Shown: positions 10,775 through 22,502, counted from the stretch's first letter. The stretch: 44,450 nt of DNA from Octopus sinensis (GCF_006345805.1 NW_021834900.1:1-44450); one strand, 5' to 3'. A program made the numbers and translations. The notes: a model not told the origin generated them from the letters alone.

Positions 10775-11312
10775 AGGCACAAGGTCCGAAATGTTCGGGG
10801 GCGGACTAGTCGATTAGATCGACCCCGGTACGCAACTGGTGCTTAATTCATCGAGACCGAAAAGATGAAAGGCAAGGTCGACTTCGGCGGAATTTGAACT
10901 CAGAACGTAAAGACAGACGAAATACCTATTTCTTTACTACCCACAAGGGGCTAAACACAGAGAGGACAAACAAGGACAGACAAACGGATTAAGTCGATTA
11001 TATCGACCCCAGCGCGTAACTGGTCCTTAATTTATCGACTCCGAAAGGATGAAAGGCAAAGTCGACCTCGGCGGAATTTGAACTCAGAACGTAACGGCAG
11101 GCGAAATACCTATTTCTTTACTACCCACAAGGGGCTAAACACAGAGGGGACAAACAAGGACAGACATAGGTATTAAGTCGATTACATCGACCCCAGTGCG
11201 TAACTGATACTTAATTTATCGACCCCCGAAAGGATGAAAGGCAAAGTCGGCAGACGAAATACCGCTAGGCACTTCGCCCGGCGTGCTAACGTTTCTACCA
11301 GCTCGCCGCCTT
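10775..11312 (-). mobile_element. SINE family A trimer
   Basis: The junction CGAAATACCTATTTCTTTACT occurs at ~10918 and ~11102. The head is present only at the 11312 end. Confidence 0.9.
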
Positions 11313-12044
11313 TGCTTATTTTCGACTAGATGAGGTGTCCGATAAAAAATTACCGTTAATAGCCATGAAATATTTTTCGTCAAATTTCGACATTTTTCAA
11401 AAAATTAAAATCTATATTAATGGGTAGGACCAATTTGACGAAAAAATGAGCAGAGTCTGGTAGCGAACAAGTGTGGTCGTCATTTTTGTGCATGTGCGTA
11501 AAATGGCGAAATTTTACGCTTTGGGGCAGATTTCGTCAAATTAATGTTACGGTGGCTAGTGTGCAAAGTGCCTAAATTGAGAAATAAAATGGTCTTACCT
11601 AATTAAAACATGAAACGCTGAGGAATTAAAACAACGAATTGAAGTAATATGTTTTAGCAAATCAAAAAGAATTCGCATTGAAATGAAGAATTAAGAAATG
11701 CTAAATAGATTACCGTTAATAAGCTGTCTGTTTATACCGATGAAACATTTTACGTGAAATTTCGGCATTTTTCGTCAAATTGATGTCGCGGTGGTTAGTG
11801 CGAAAAACGCCGAAATTTTACAATTTTTGAAAAAATCGATGCTGATTAAAAATTGATCGTTTTAAAAAATCTAAGTTCGTAAGTGACATCATTTGCATAA
11901 GCCCCACCCCCCATACGTGTCAAGTTTCATCAAGGCTGTTGGATAGTCTCGGTGGAGTTAAAGTACCAAATTCACAAACACACAAACTTTCCATTTATTA
12001 TTATTATTATTATTATAGATATCATTAATCTCTTATTTGTTCCA

Positions 12045-12245
12045 GCTATTGGACTGCGGCCATGCTGGTGCACCAACTTGAAGAATTTTTGTCGAACGGA
12101 TGGATACCAGTACTTATTTTTTAAAAAAGAAAAACCCAGTACTTACTCTATCGTTTTCTTTTGCCGAACCGCTAGATAACGGGGACGTAAATACACCAAC
12201 ACCAGTTGTCAAGTGATGGTGGGAGAGAAACACACACACACACAC
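12045..12245 (-). mobile_element. SINE family C, 3' half
   Basis: Contains GACTGCGGCCATGCTGG, CTTTTGCCGAACCGCTAG and CAGTTGTCAAG. Confidence 0.8.
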
Positions 12246-12268
12246 AAATATATATATATGTCAAAATG

Positions 12269-12570
12269 TGGAGGCGCAATGGCCCAGTGGTTGGGGCAGC
12301 GAACTCGCAGTCGCAGGATCGCGGTTTCGATTCCCAGACCGGGCGTTGTGTGTGTTTATTGAGCGAAAACACCTAAAAGCTTCACGACGCTCCGGCAGGG
12401 GATTGTGATCCCTGCTGTACTCTTTCTCCTACTCTTTCTTCTGTTGGTCTGCTCGCTTAGCCAGCGAGGTGGCGTCATTCGAAGGCTAAAACAATGCGAA
12501 CGCATTGTGACCAGCGATGTGTAACAACATCTGATGGTCTGGTCGGTCACGTTATCACGTGATCACGTGA
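12269..12570 (+). mobile_element. SINE family B, tail type 1, with target-site duplication
   Basis: TATGTCAAAAT flanks both ends (12257-12267 and 12571-12581). Confidence 0.92.
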
Positions 12571-12649
12571 TATGTCAAAATATAAGAGTGCGTTGCGTTA
12601 CGTTGCGTGAATAATATTTCCAGAAGTCAAACAAGTATAGTAATATAGA

Positions 12650-12790
12650 TGCACGATGGTCTTTCAGCTTCCATTTACCAAATTCACTCACAAGGCTTTG
12701 GTCAGCCTGGGGCTTTAGCGGAAATCCCTTGCCTAATTGTCACGCAATGGGACTGAACCCAGAACCATGTGGTTGGAAAGTAAACTTCAT
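12650..12790 (-). mobile_element. SINE family C, 5' part
   Basis: CTCACAAGGCTTTGGTC...GGGACTGAACCC.GAACCATGTGGTTGG. Confidence 0.75.
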
Positions 12791-13134
12791 TCCATACGGT
12801 TTTATACAAGGCTTTTTTCCTTTATCGGACGTACTAGGTAGGGAGATATCGTTGGCATATATGGTTTTAGTCTCACGCTGGTACTATAAGTTTTCAAGAT
12901 ATTGTTATAAGGAAAATACGGTTGACAGCAGCTGATATTTGAATTTAGAACTGCGAAATAAGGTACAAAATATGTCAAAGGACGGCACTAATTCGTTAAA
13001 GAGGACACTTACTCTATCAGTAAAATGACCTGAATAAACATATTTGAACTTTATAGAAGTTACAAGTGCGTTCATTAATTATTTTGTATTTCTGGCATTC
13101 ACAATGACAGCCATACAAGAGATTAGTTGACGTG

Positions 13135-13371
13135 CATGTATGTATGTATGTATGTATGTATGTATGTATGTATGTATGTATGTATGTATGTATGTATGTA
13201 TGTATGTATGTATGTATGTATGTATGTATGTATATATGTATGTATGTATGTATGTATGTGTGTATGTATGTATGTGTGTATGTATGTATGTGTGTATGTG
13301 TGTATGTATGTATGTATGTATGTATGTGTGTATGTATGTATGTATGTATGTGTGTATGTGTGTATGTATGT
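13135..13371. repeat. (TATG)n / (TATGTG)n microsatellite
   Basis: Read directly from the sequence. Confidence 0.98.
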
Positions 13372-14125
13372 ATTTTCTGGTTATATTTTTAGAATTTCTC
13401 ACTGATAGAGAAAGAAACAAGGCTCTTTCATTAGAAGTTGGACATGAACCAGGTAGACTTGTATGTATGTATGTAGTATGTATGTATGTCTTCTTAATTA
13501 TTTGAAGTCTTCCTGTAAGTAAGGAGTCGGTTTCTGACCAAGATACAAAGTTTCATCGTTGAAATGTTGATAACAAAACTGTTATATGTTGAATTTGAGA
13601 AAAGTCTTGCATATTTTTACTGTTCCGCTTACAGATTGTACTTGTAATGCGCGTGTTAGCTGGCTGCTTTCTTTTCCTGAAATCCCTAGTTATTCCGGAG
13701 TGTCCCCTTAAGCATTAACTAACAAAACCAAGTGAACTAATTATTATTGGTATGAATGTGAATTTATAATCCTGGTGTAGAAGAATCCGCTGTTCTCTTT
13801 CACTTGCATCGAGATATTCACTGCAACAGGACAGTGACCTCAATGAAGCTACATGCTTTTTCTTGTCAGTCCCAAACAACTATATCCGACCTTTAATCTT
13901 AACATTTGGCAGAAGATTTAATGGAAACGTTCCAATATTCGTTGTGTTGTGTTGGTGTTTATGTATGCAGTCAATAGCAGAAGGATCCTCTGCATTTATC
14001 CCAGATCATTCTTTGCAAATAATATTTTATATTGTTTTAACAAAAACATCATGTCAATGAGGAGGTAGTGCTTTGATTACATTTTTAGTTAGCTGCTGAT
14101 CACATGCGTGTTGTCTTCCAGATGG

Positions 14126-14510
14126 TGGAGGCGCAATGGCCCAGTGGTTAGGGCAGCGGACTCGCGGTCATAGGATCGCGGTTTCGATTCCCAGACCGGG
14201 TATTGTGAGTGTTTATTGAGCGAAAACACCTAAAGCTCCACAAGGCTCCGGCAGGGGATGGTGGTGATCCCTACTGTACTCTTTCACTACAACTTTCTCT
14301 CACTCTTACTTCCTGTTTCTGTTGTACCTGTATTTCAAAGGGCCGGCCTTGTCACTCTCTGTGTCACGCTGAATATCCCCGAGAACTACGTTAAGGGTAC
14401 ACGTGTCTGTGGAGTGCTCAGCCACTTACACGTTAATTTCACGAGCAGGCTGTTCCGTTGATTCGGATCAACCGGAACCCTCGTCGTCGTAACCGACGGA
14501 GTGCTTCCAC
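14126..14510 (+). mobile_element. SINE family B, tail type 2
   Basis: Same head as other B copies, with a different ~200-bp tail (GGGCCGGCCTTGTCACTC...GTAACCGACGGAGTGC). Confidence 0.9.
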
Positions 14511-14841
14511 ACTTGTTGTTTTCCAGAGAAATGTGAACATAATTAACATTTTCAGTTGCATCTTCGAGCTTCTAGGGTTTCATTGTCTCTTTTTCTTATT
14601 TGTTATTTTGTGGCAATCTTGGATTAAAAACGTACAGCCGTCGAAGTGTGTGAAGTGATATGGCGGTCGCGAGACTGGAGACGCTGTGCACTTTAAATCT
14701 TCGAAAACACACCCAGGTGTAGTATTTTTTTGGTAGAGATTACTTCCCGAGGAACTCCTTGCCGATACGCTGGATATTGTTCTCATCGTAGAACAACTAT
14801 ATCTGACCTTTTAGAACCTTTGAGAATCTATTGTTCTCAAT

Positions 14842-15073
14842 AGGCGGCGAGCTGGCAGAAACGTTAGCACGCCGGGCGAAATGCGTAGCCTTATTTCGTC
14901 TGCCGTTACGTTCTGAGTTCAAATTCCGCCGCGGTCGACTTTGCCTTTCATCCTTTCGGGGTCGATTAATTAATTACCAGTTACGCACTGGGGTCGATGT
15001 AATCGACTTAATCCGTTTGTCTGTCTTTGTTTGTCCCCTCCGTGTTTAGCCCCTTGTGGACAGTAAAGAAATA
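14842..15073 (+). mobile_element. SINE family A monomer
   Basis: Full head to the AAAGAAATA tail. TATTGTTCTCA flanks both sides. Confidence 0.92.
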
Positions 15074-15709
15074 TATTGTTCTCATCGCTTTTAAGCATTT
15101 ATTTGTACTGCTGTTTTTTTAACAGATACTATGCGACATTCGAATGCTATCTCTACTGCTCTGAAGTATCCAATTGATGTTAATATCCTGCGGATTTTAA
15201 GTGGATTTCGTCTACAAACTAATCAAGTATCCCAAACGTCGGTATCCCACTGGAACTGCAAATGCATCGTGGGATATTTTCTTGTTGTTAGAGAAGAACT
15301 CAGACTGTTGTATTTTTCTAAGTCTAGTTTGATATTCTCGAGTTAATCAATTTTTGTTCCTGATACCTTCGTATAATATTTTTTTGATCAATGTCTTGTT
15401 ATTTGTAGCATTCTTTATGTGGAACAAGATAGTTAGAGGAGAAACGCTGATGCATATTCTTTGGAGTTAATGAGCTGATTTTCCACGTTCAACTATAATA
15501 TACGAACACGTTTTTCGCCAAATTCCAGCCCCATGTCAGTTGAAAATATTGTTATTAGCTGGGGTTTTTTTTTGGCATTGTAAAAATTCGTAGCATCGAT
15601 CTTATGGTAACCCACATAGAAATTATAATGGGTTACGTAACTATCACTAGTAACCATAGGAATTTTGTAAAACAAATTATATAGGATATAATTCCAAAAC
15701 AAACAGAAG

Positions 15710-16128
15710 GGATCTTTTCGGTTTGAACGGCAGTTTTTTCTAGCGGTGTTATATGAAATTGTCACCCATAATTATGACCCTAGTATCGATCTATTGCATT
15801 TCAATCTGTTTTAGGGTTAGAGTTAGGGGTAGGGGGAAGGGTATCTTTTTTTTGTTCAGAAATGTAAATAAACCCAATCTGTTTCTTAAACGAGGGACAT
15901 ATTCATACGGCACAGAATGTTTTCACCTCAATAGACGTCATTGATTGGTTGAAATTGCAGAAATTGAAGAGAAAAAAACAACAAATATCTTACAAACTAT
16001 AGAATTTTCTCAATAAAGCCAAGAGAAAAAGATGTTTTATAAACACATTCTACCAGTATACGAAGTTTAAAAATGTTTAGTTACGTGGAAATTATTTGAA
16101 AAAACTGCCGTTCAAACCGAAAAGATCC
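15710..16128 (+). mobile_element. MITE copy 2 with perfect 31-bp TIRs and an 8-bp TSD
   Basis: TIRs at 15710-15740 and 16098-16128. TSD AACAGAAG at 15702-15709 and 16129-16136. Internal TTAGGG-like tract at ~15810-15835. Confidence 0.95.
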
Positions 16129-17044
16129 AACAGAAGTACAGAAAATTATCTCCGCGGAATATTTCCTTTGAAATATTTATAACACGGGAGACAATTGCCC
16201 CACTTTTAGTTGTAAGTGTGAGGAGTGTTGCCCTGGTCTTTGTGACTAACCAAATCTCTTTCAGTTCCCGATTTACTGTATTACAAAAAGGAGAATGCAT
16301 TGGATGATGGTTGTCATTGATGTACAAAGTTTGAATAAAGGGTCGTGACGGTTTTGGCTACATCTTTTTTAAACATACGTTTTCTTAATCAGAGTTGACC
16401 TGAGCCTAAAAAACAACAAATGCTGTTTTCTCTATGCAGGTGATTTAAAATATCTCCAAGAAGCAACATGCAATTGGAGAATTTACTACAAACTCTACAT
16501 ATAGTCAGTATGGATATAAAAATTAGTATGGAATTAAATGAATAAGCCAAAAATACTGTAAAAAGTGGTAAATAAATAAGGCAATACTACTGTAAAAGGA
16601 GGTAATTTTACCACTGTAATTTTACAACTGTAAAAAATGGTAAATTGATAAAGATAAAGACAGGCAACAAACATTTCTGAAACCAGAAACTTAAAACAAA
16701 ATCATCTCAAATATTTTAGAGTAGATGAAACTGATACTGTAGGAGAGATTAGTAAATCGCATTTCAGAAGAATCAGAATTTAGTAGTGAACTCAGTACCA
16801 AAAATAATGATATTTATAAATAAACAAACCATCGCAGTTATAGACTACAGCTTCACTGTAATTAGGCGTTAACTGAAGTGAAGAGCAGAATCAGAAAAAC
16901 TAGGAAAAAAACAAACTATTTATGGAATCTCTAAGTCTGCATTGTAAAGTAAGATAAAGTAAACTCATTAAGCCATACATTTTCTCAATATATAAACGGT
17001 GAAATGGGAAGCCAGGATAGAGTTAAATAATCCTTCCTACGATA

Positions 17045-17230
17045 GGTACAAGGCCTGAAAATGTGGAGGGGGGACTGGTTGATTACATCGACCCCAGTAA
17101 TCAACTGGTACTTAGTTTATCGATTCCAAAAGTATGAAAGGCAAAGTCGACCTCGGCGGAATTTGAACTCAGAACGTCTTTAAGACGGACGAAATGCCGC
17201 TACGCTAACGATTCTGCCAGCTCGCCGCAT
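17045..17230 (-). mobile_element. SINE family A monomer (CCTTGT.CCTA tail type)
   Basis: GGCAAAGTCGACCTCGGCGGAATTTGAACTCAGAACG. Confidence 0.85.
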
Positions 17231-17438
17231 TGACAGATCAGCTAAAGTTTTTAAAAAGATTAAAAAGATAAAAGCAAAGTGGAATCCAGAAAAAATATTG
17301 GAAAATACTAAAGAAAAATCTTGTCCTTGTCAATATCCTGCAAGATTAAAACGAAAGAAAGTGAGCCAATATGAAGAGTTAAAATAAAATAAAGATTATG
17401 GGTGAACCTATAAGTCACTTAATATTCTATCCTTAAAA

Positions 17439-17830
17439 AGGCGGCGAGCTGGCAGAAACGTTAGCACGCCGGGCGAAATGCTTAGCTGTATTTCGTCTGC
17501 CGTTATGTTCTGAGTTCAAATTCCGCCGAGGTCGACTTTGCCTTTCATCCTTTCGGGATCGATTAAATAAGTACCAGTTACGCACTGGGGTCGATATAAT
17601 CGACTTAACCCGTGTGTCTGTCCTTGTTTGTCCTCTCTGTGTTTAGCCCCTTGTGGGCAGTAAAGAAATAGGTATTTTATCTGCCGTTACGTTCTGGGTT
17701 CAAATTCCGCTGGGGTCGACTTTGCCTTTCGGGGTCGATAAATCAAGTACCAGTTGCGTACTGGGGTCGATCTAGTCGACTGGCCCCTTCCCCCAAAATT
17801 TCGGGCCTTGTTCCTAGAATAGAGAAGAAT
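17439..17830 (+). mobile_element. SINE family A dimer with two different tails
   Basis: Junction AAAGAAATA|GGTATTTT at ~17669. The second unit ends GGCCTTGTTCCTAGAATAG. Confidence 0.9.
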
Positions 17831-18237
17831 ATTCTATCTTTATGATTTATCGCATAATAATTATTTTATATTAATTATCCATTATATTAATTTTTCATGA
17901 CAATTTTTAATTATATTTTATGTAAACACTATGAATGTAGATCATCTGTAATATTTACCATTTCGAAGTTTTGCAGAAATGTATATGAGCCGAGTGAACA
18001 TGAACACTTGGCGACGCAGCCAACAATTTTACTATTTTGAATTCCACCCTCAACCCCCACCGGCTTTAGTTTTCATTGCAAATGTCATCCAGCACATAAG
18101 CATAGAAAAGTCTTTTCTCCTTTTCACACACTCTACGTTCGTTACGAAAATGTGTTCTTTTTTCCTTTTCATCTACTTCTCTGCTTTTCATGCTCGAACC
18201 CTTCTCTGTATACTTCCCTATAGCGACCACACGTACT

Positions 18238-18821
18238 AATTGCACAGACATAGAGTGTTTGCCGGCAGGCTGTGATTTGGCGTGATTGAGATTACTCAGT
18301 CGAAATGCCGGGTGTTAAAACACCTGAAAGTCATGGACAAACGCAACAACTCATCCCATATTCCATTCAGGAGTGATAGACATTGATGTTTTACCATTTT
18401 TTTAATGCCTTATCAACATCACGTATCCGAACCGAATCAGAGGTGAATGACATCGCCAGTCCCCGATTTACATGCATAAAATCTAAAACTATGTGCTGGT
18501 ATGGCCCGACAGAGGGCGGCGAGCTGGCAGAATCGTTAGCACGCCGGGCGAAATGCTTAGCAGTATTTCGTATGCCGCTACTTTCTGAGTTCAAATTCCG
18601 CCGAGGTCGACTTTGCCTTTCATCCTTTCGGGGTCGATTAAATAAATACCAGTTACGCACTGGGGTCGATATAATCGACTTAACCCGTGTGTCTGTCCTT
18701 GTTTGTCCTCTCTGTGTTAAGCCCCCTGTGGACAATAAAGAAATAGGTATGGCTCGACAGTGCATACGTAAGAATAAATCCAATTACAGAATAGATACTG
18801 CGCTAGTATAATAATCATCAT
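18238..18821 (+). mobile_element. Unclassified insertion with a 14-bp TSD and short (AAT/CAT) tail, itself interrupted by SINE A (18514-18750)
   Basis: CGACCACACGTACT occurs at 18224-18237 and 18822-18835. Confidence 0.55.
18514..18750 (+). mobile_element. SINE family A monomer ending in the junction residue GGTAT
   Basis: Direct match to other A copies. Confidence 0.9.
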
Positions 18822-19284
18822 CGACCACACGTACTTAACGCATATATTTCACTAATACCGTACTCCATACTTAATCTGAGGATTGCTAGCCTTAAATTTG
18901 AATAACCAGATGTACGTATTAGTTCATGTGGAGTAGTTTGAATGAAGCCTTGTCTGATAGACTCTTAAAATTGTTTGAAAGCCAGCACGACGCAAATTTG
19001 AAGTGAAGGGACACAAAGAGTGATAAGAAACACATGACCACTTTCCTCCAACCAAACTTCTGACAGCGCACTTAAATTGGAAACTATTATTCAAATTATC
19101 TGAGTCAGCAGGGTGACGGATAGACTGACTTGCAGAAAGTAACTGGTTTCGGATTTTTACGTTCTAAAGTTAAATATAACCTCTGGGGTCGATAAAATAA
19201 AGTACCTGTGAAATACTGGGATAAACTGAATCGATGAATACCCTCCTTCCAAATTCCTGTCCTTTCCCATAAATTAAAAATTAT

Positions 19285-19729
19285 GGATCTTTTCAGTTTG
19301 ACCGGCAGTTTTTTAAAATAATTTCCACGTAACTAAACACTTTTAAACTTCGTATACTGGTAGAATGTGTTTATAAAACATCTTTTGCGCTGGGCTTTAT
19401 TGAGAAAATTCTATAGTTTGTAAGATATTTGTTGTTGTTTTTTCTTCAATTTCTACAATTTCAACCAATCAATGACGTCTATTGAGGTGAAAACATTCTG
19501 TGCCGTATGAATACGTCCCTCGTTTAAGAAACAGATTGGGTTTATTTACATTTCCGAAGAAAAAAAGATACCTTTCCCCCACCCCTAACCCTAACCCTAA
19601 CTAACCCTAACTCTAACCCTAACCCTAAAACAGATTGAAATGCAATAGATCGATAATAGGGTCATAATTATGGGTGACAATTTCATATGACACCGCTAGA
19701 AAAAACTGTCGTTCAAACCGAAAAGATCC
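19285..19729 (-). mobile_element. MITE copy 3 (inverted) with an 8-bp TSD and expanded (CCCTAA)n
   Basis: TSD AAAATTAT at 19277-19284 and 19730-19737. About seven degenerate CCCTAA units at 19583-19627. Confidence 0.93.
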
Positions 19730-20559
19730 AAAATTATTATTTATAACTGAACATGAAGTCACGATTTTTGAATGTTTTGCCGGATTATATTTGTTGTCGC
19801 TTTTACTCATTCAGAAAATATTTTTCCTGTGAACGTGTTCCGATTTGGTTCGCAACTGACAATTCTCATTAAAAAAAAAAGATGCGTCGCTTGTTTACAT
19901 AAACAATAAAGACAGTAAAGGAAGCGCAAATAGTAACAGGACGGCAGAGATAAAATGTCAATAAAGCAACAAAGAAGAATATAATCTGTGATTTCCAGCA
20001 GTGTGGTAGCGGCGGCGGCGACGTTACGCCTGACAAATCGACTGTCGACTCCACCACCATCACTTCTATAAACAGCTGAAGATGGTAGAGGCGAGGATAG
20101 CATAGAAAACGTTTAAAAAAATGGTAGTAGAAGCTTAGTAGAAGCTTGATATCTTCAGAGAAGTTGTCTTCTACTTCTACCTTAGCTTGGTGAGTAATAT
20201 TTAGTAGACGGAAACTGTGCTTAATATAAATAAACATACAGCAGACTACTTTGAAGTAATTTTTCTACTTCACTTCGTACAACACCACAGTAAAATTTAA
20301 TCAACAATCATCTCTCAGTGAATTAGGCGATTTTCTGAAAAGCATTAAATCAAAAAATATTCATTTATTGTTCATTTAAACTACGCTAGTTTTTGCATTT
20401 CGTAAATATCGTTACGAAGCGATGGTGTTACAGGTGAGAGACATAGGCAGCCATTGCTGGCAGATCATATGACTAACATAAAAACGTTCTCATTGGCTGT
20501 GATATTAGTGTGTTATCACATTGGTTCAGTAGTCTTCATTAAGCATTACGCAGTCAGCT

Positions 20560-20674
20560 GTCAGGATGGCCGAGCGGTCTAAGGCGCCAGACTCAAGGTG
20601 TGTGTTACCTTAACCAGAACGTAGAGTATTCTGGTCCACGAATGTGGGCGTGGGTTCGAATCCCACTTCTGACA
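20560..20674 (+). tRNA. tRNA-Leu(CAA): tRNA-Leu(CAA) with a 31-nt intron (20598-20628)
   Basis: GTCAGGATGGCCGAGCGGTCTAAGGCGCCAGACTCAAG [intron] TTCTGGTCCACGAATGTGGGCGTGGGTTCGAATCCCACTTCTGACA. All stems close and there is a long variable arm (CCAC/GTGG). The anticodon is at 20594-20596 and the intron follows position 37. The antepenultimate intron G can pair with C32. Confidence 0.97.
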
Positions 20675-20679
20675 GATAA

Positions 20680-20693
20680 TTTTTTTTTTTTTT
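20680..20693 (+). terminator. Pol III poly-T terminator of tRNA-Leu copy 1
   Basis: A run of 14 T begins a few nt after the acceptor end. Confidence 0.85.
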
Positions 20694-21245
20694 AATTTTA
20701 ATCGTCAGGGGAAATAATGTAACAACATTTATATTACCAAGTAAAACATTTTTATCTAAGCATTTATTCGTGTGTACATTCTATTTCTCCAATTATTTCA
20801 CTTTAGGATGCAATTTTATGGTCGTAGAAGTTTTTATATAAAATTCTTCTTCATTATCATCATCACCCCACTCCATCATCATCATCATCATCATCATTAT
20901 TATCGTCATTTTCCTTACTGGTATGGATTAGACGTTAGTTAGTTAGTTAGTTAGGAAGAGTATCCAGCCATAGACACCTACCCAAAGCCGACATTGGAGT
21001 CCGATGCAACCTTCTCACCCATCAGATTCTGTAAAATGCTGCCGCTGCTGTTCAACCGTAACATTTTTCAAGCATAAAATTTTATCCTAAAGAGAAATAA
21101 TGAAAGAAATGAACATAATTCCTGCCTTCGATGCAGTTCTAGAACAGGATTCAAATTTTACAAGAAGAAATATTTCTTCAAACAATTCATTTTAAGGGAC
21201 AGTTTTATAGTCTTAGAGTGAAAGTGACATAAAAATCTTCTATAT

Positions 21246-21674
21246 AGGCGCAGGAGTGGCTTGCTAACCAGCCACATGGTTCCGGGTTCAGTCCCACTGC
21301 GTGGCATCTTGGGCAAGTTTCTTCTGCTATAGCCCCGGGCCGACCAATGCCTTGTGAGTGTATTTGGTAGACGGAAACTGAAAGAAGCCTGTCGTATATA
21401 TGTATATATATATATATATATAATATATATATATATTATATATATATATATATATATATGTATGTGCGTGCCTGTGTTTGTCCCCCTAGCATTGCTTGAC
21501 AACCGATGCTGGTGTGTTTACGTCCCCGTCACTTAGCGGTTCGGCAAAAAGCGACCGATAGAATAAAGTACTGGGCTTACAAAAGAATAAGTCCCGGGGT
21601 CGATTTGCTTGACTAAAGGCGGTGCTCCAGCATGGCCGCAGTCCAATGACTGAAACAAGTAAAAGAGTAAAGAG
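21246..21674 (+). mobile_element. SINE family C, near full length, with an internal (TA)n tract
   Basis: B-box GGTTCAGTCC and CTTGGGCAAGT domain. The tail ends AAAAGAGTAAAGAG. The A-box region is partly deleted. Confidence 0.92.
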
Positions 21675-21860
21675 TATGAGGCGCGGATGTCGCTCAGGTT
21701 CCCAAGTTGCCAGTGACTCGCATATTACGATGTCAGCATTTTGCGCCCAAACCGCCATAAAATCGATTAATTACTCGGTAAAACAAAGTTCGTTAGTCAT
21801 ACTAGATAATCTTTTTGTGGAATGTTCGTATCGAATGCATAGGTCCTTGTAAGGGAAAGA

Positions 21861-21921
<61 letters not shown>

Positions 21922-21979
21922 ATTACTACTGCTACTACTACTACTACTACTACTACTGCTACTACTACTACTACTACTG

Positions 21980-22021
<42 letters not shown>

Positions 22022-22055
22022 ATTACTACTACTACTACTACTACTAATTACTACT
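21861..22055. repeat. (TAC)n microsatellite
   Basis: Read directly from the sequence. Confidence 0.97.
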
Positions 22056-22059
22056 AAAA

Positions 22060-22253
22060 GCACAAGACCTGAAATTTTGAGGGAGGGGATTAGTTGATTA
22101 CATCGATTCCATTATTTCACTGGTACTTAATTTATCGACCCCGGAAAGACAAAGTCGACCTTGGCGGAATTTGAACTCAGAACGTAGCGGCCGGCGAAAT
22201 ACCGCTAAGCATTTCGCCCGGCGTGCTAACGATTCTGTCAGTTCGCCGCTTTG

Positions 22254-22315
<62 letters not shown>

Positions 22316-22502
22316 CCTTTCTACTATAGGCATAAGGCCTGAATTGGGTGGGGGATGTTTCACTGGTACTTAACTATCGACCCCGAAAGGATGAAAGACA
22401 AAGTCGACCATGGCGGAATTTGAACTCAGAACGTAGCGGCCGGCGAAATACCGCTAAGCATTTCGCCCGGCGTGCTAACGATTCTGTCAGTTCGCCGCTT
22501 TG

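Larger units (their letters stand above)
13500..16340 (-). mobile_element. Old R4/Dong-like (RLE-type) non-LTR retrotransposon relic, broken by three later insertions
   Basis: Minus-strand pieces occur in the expected order: SRVINISKEIFRGD (RT QGD motif, ~16150), FSTDMGLEFGEK (~15520), REYQTRLRKI..AFAVPV (~15290), RSDIVVWD and IEV (RLE PD..E, ~13880), and FIPIIISSLG..LQVQSVSGTVKICKTFLKFNI* (C-terminus, ~13580). Confidence 0.8.

Noticed and set aside
19583-19627. (CCCTAA)n as evidence of a chromosome end or fusion site
   Set aside because: The tract is short, degenerate and internal to a MITE with intact TIRs and TSD.
19960-20440. GC-richer stretch with donor-like GTGAGT (~20185) and ATGGTGTTACAG|GTGAG (20422-20438), a possible first exon
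   Set aside because: No downstream exons are identifiable and such motifs are common by chance. It needs RNA-seq.
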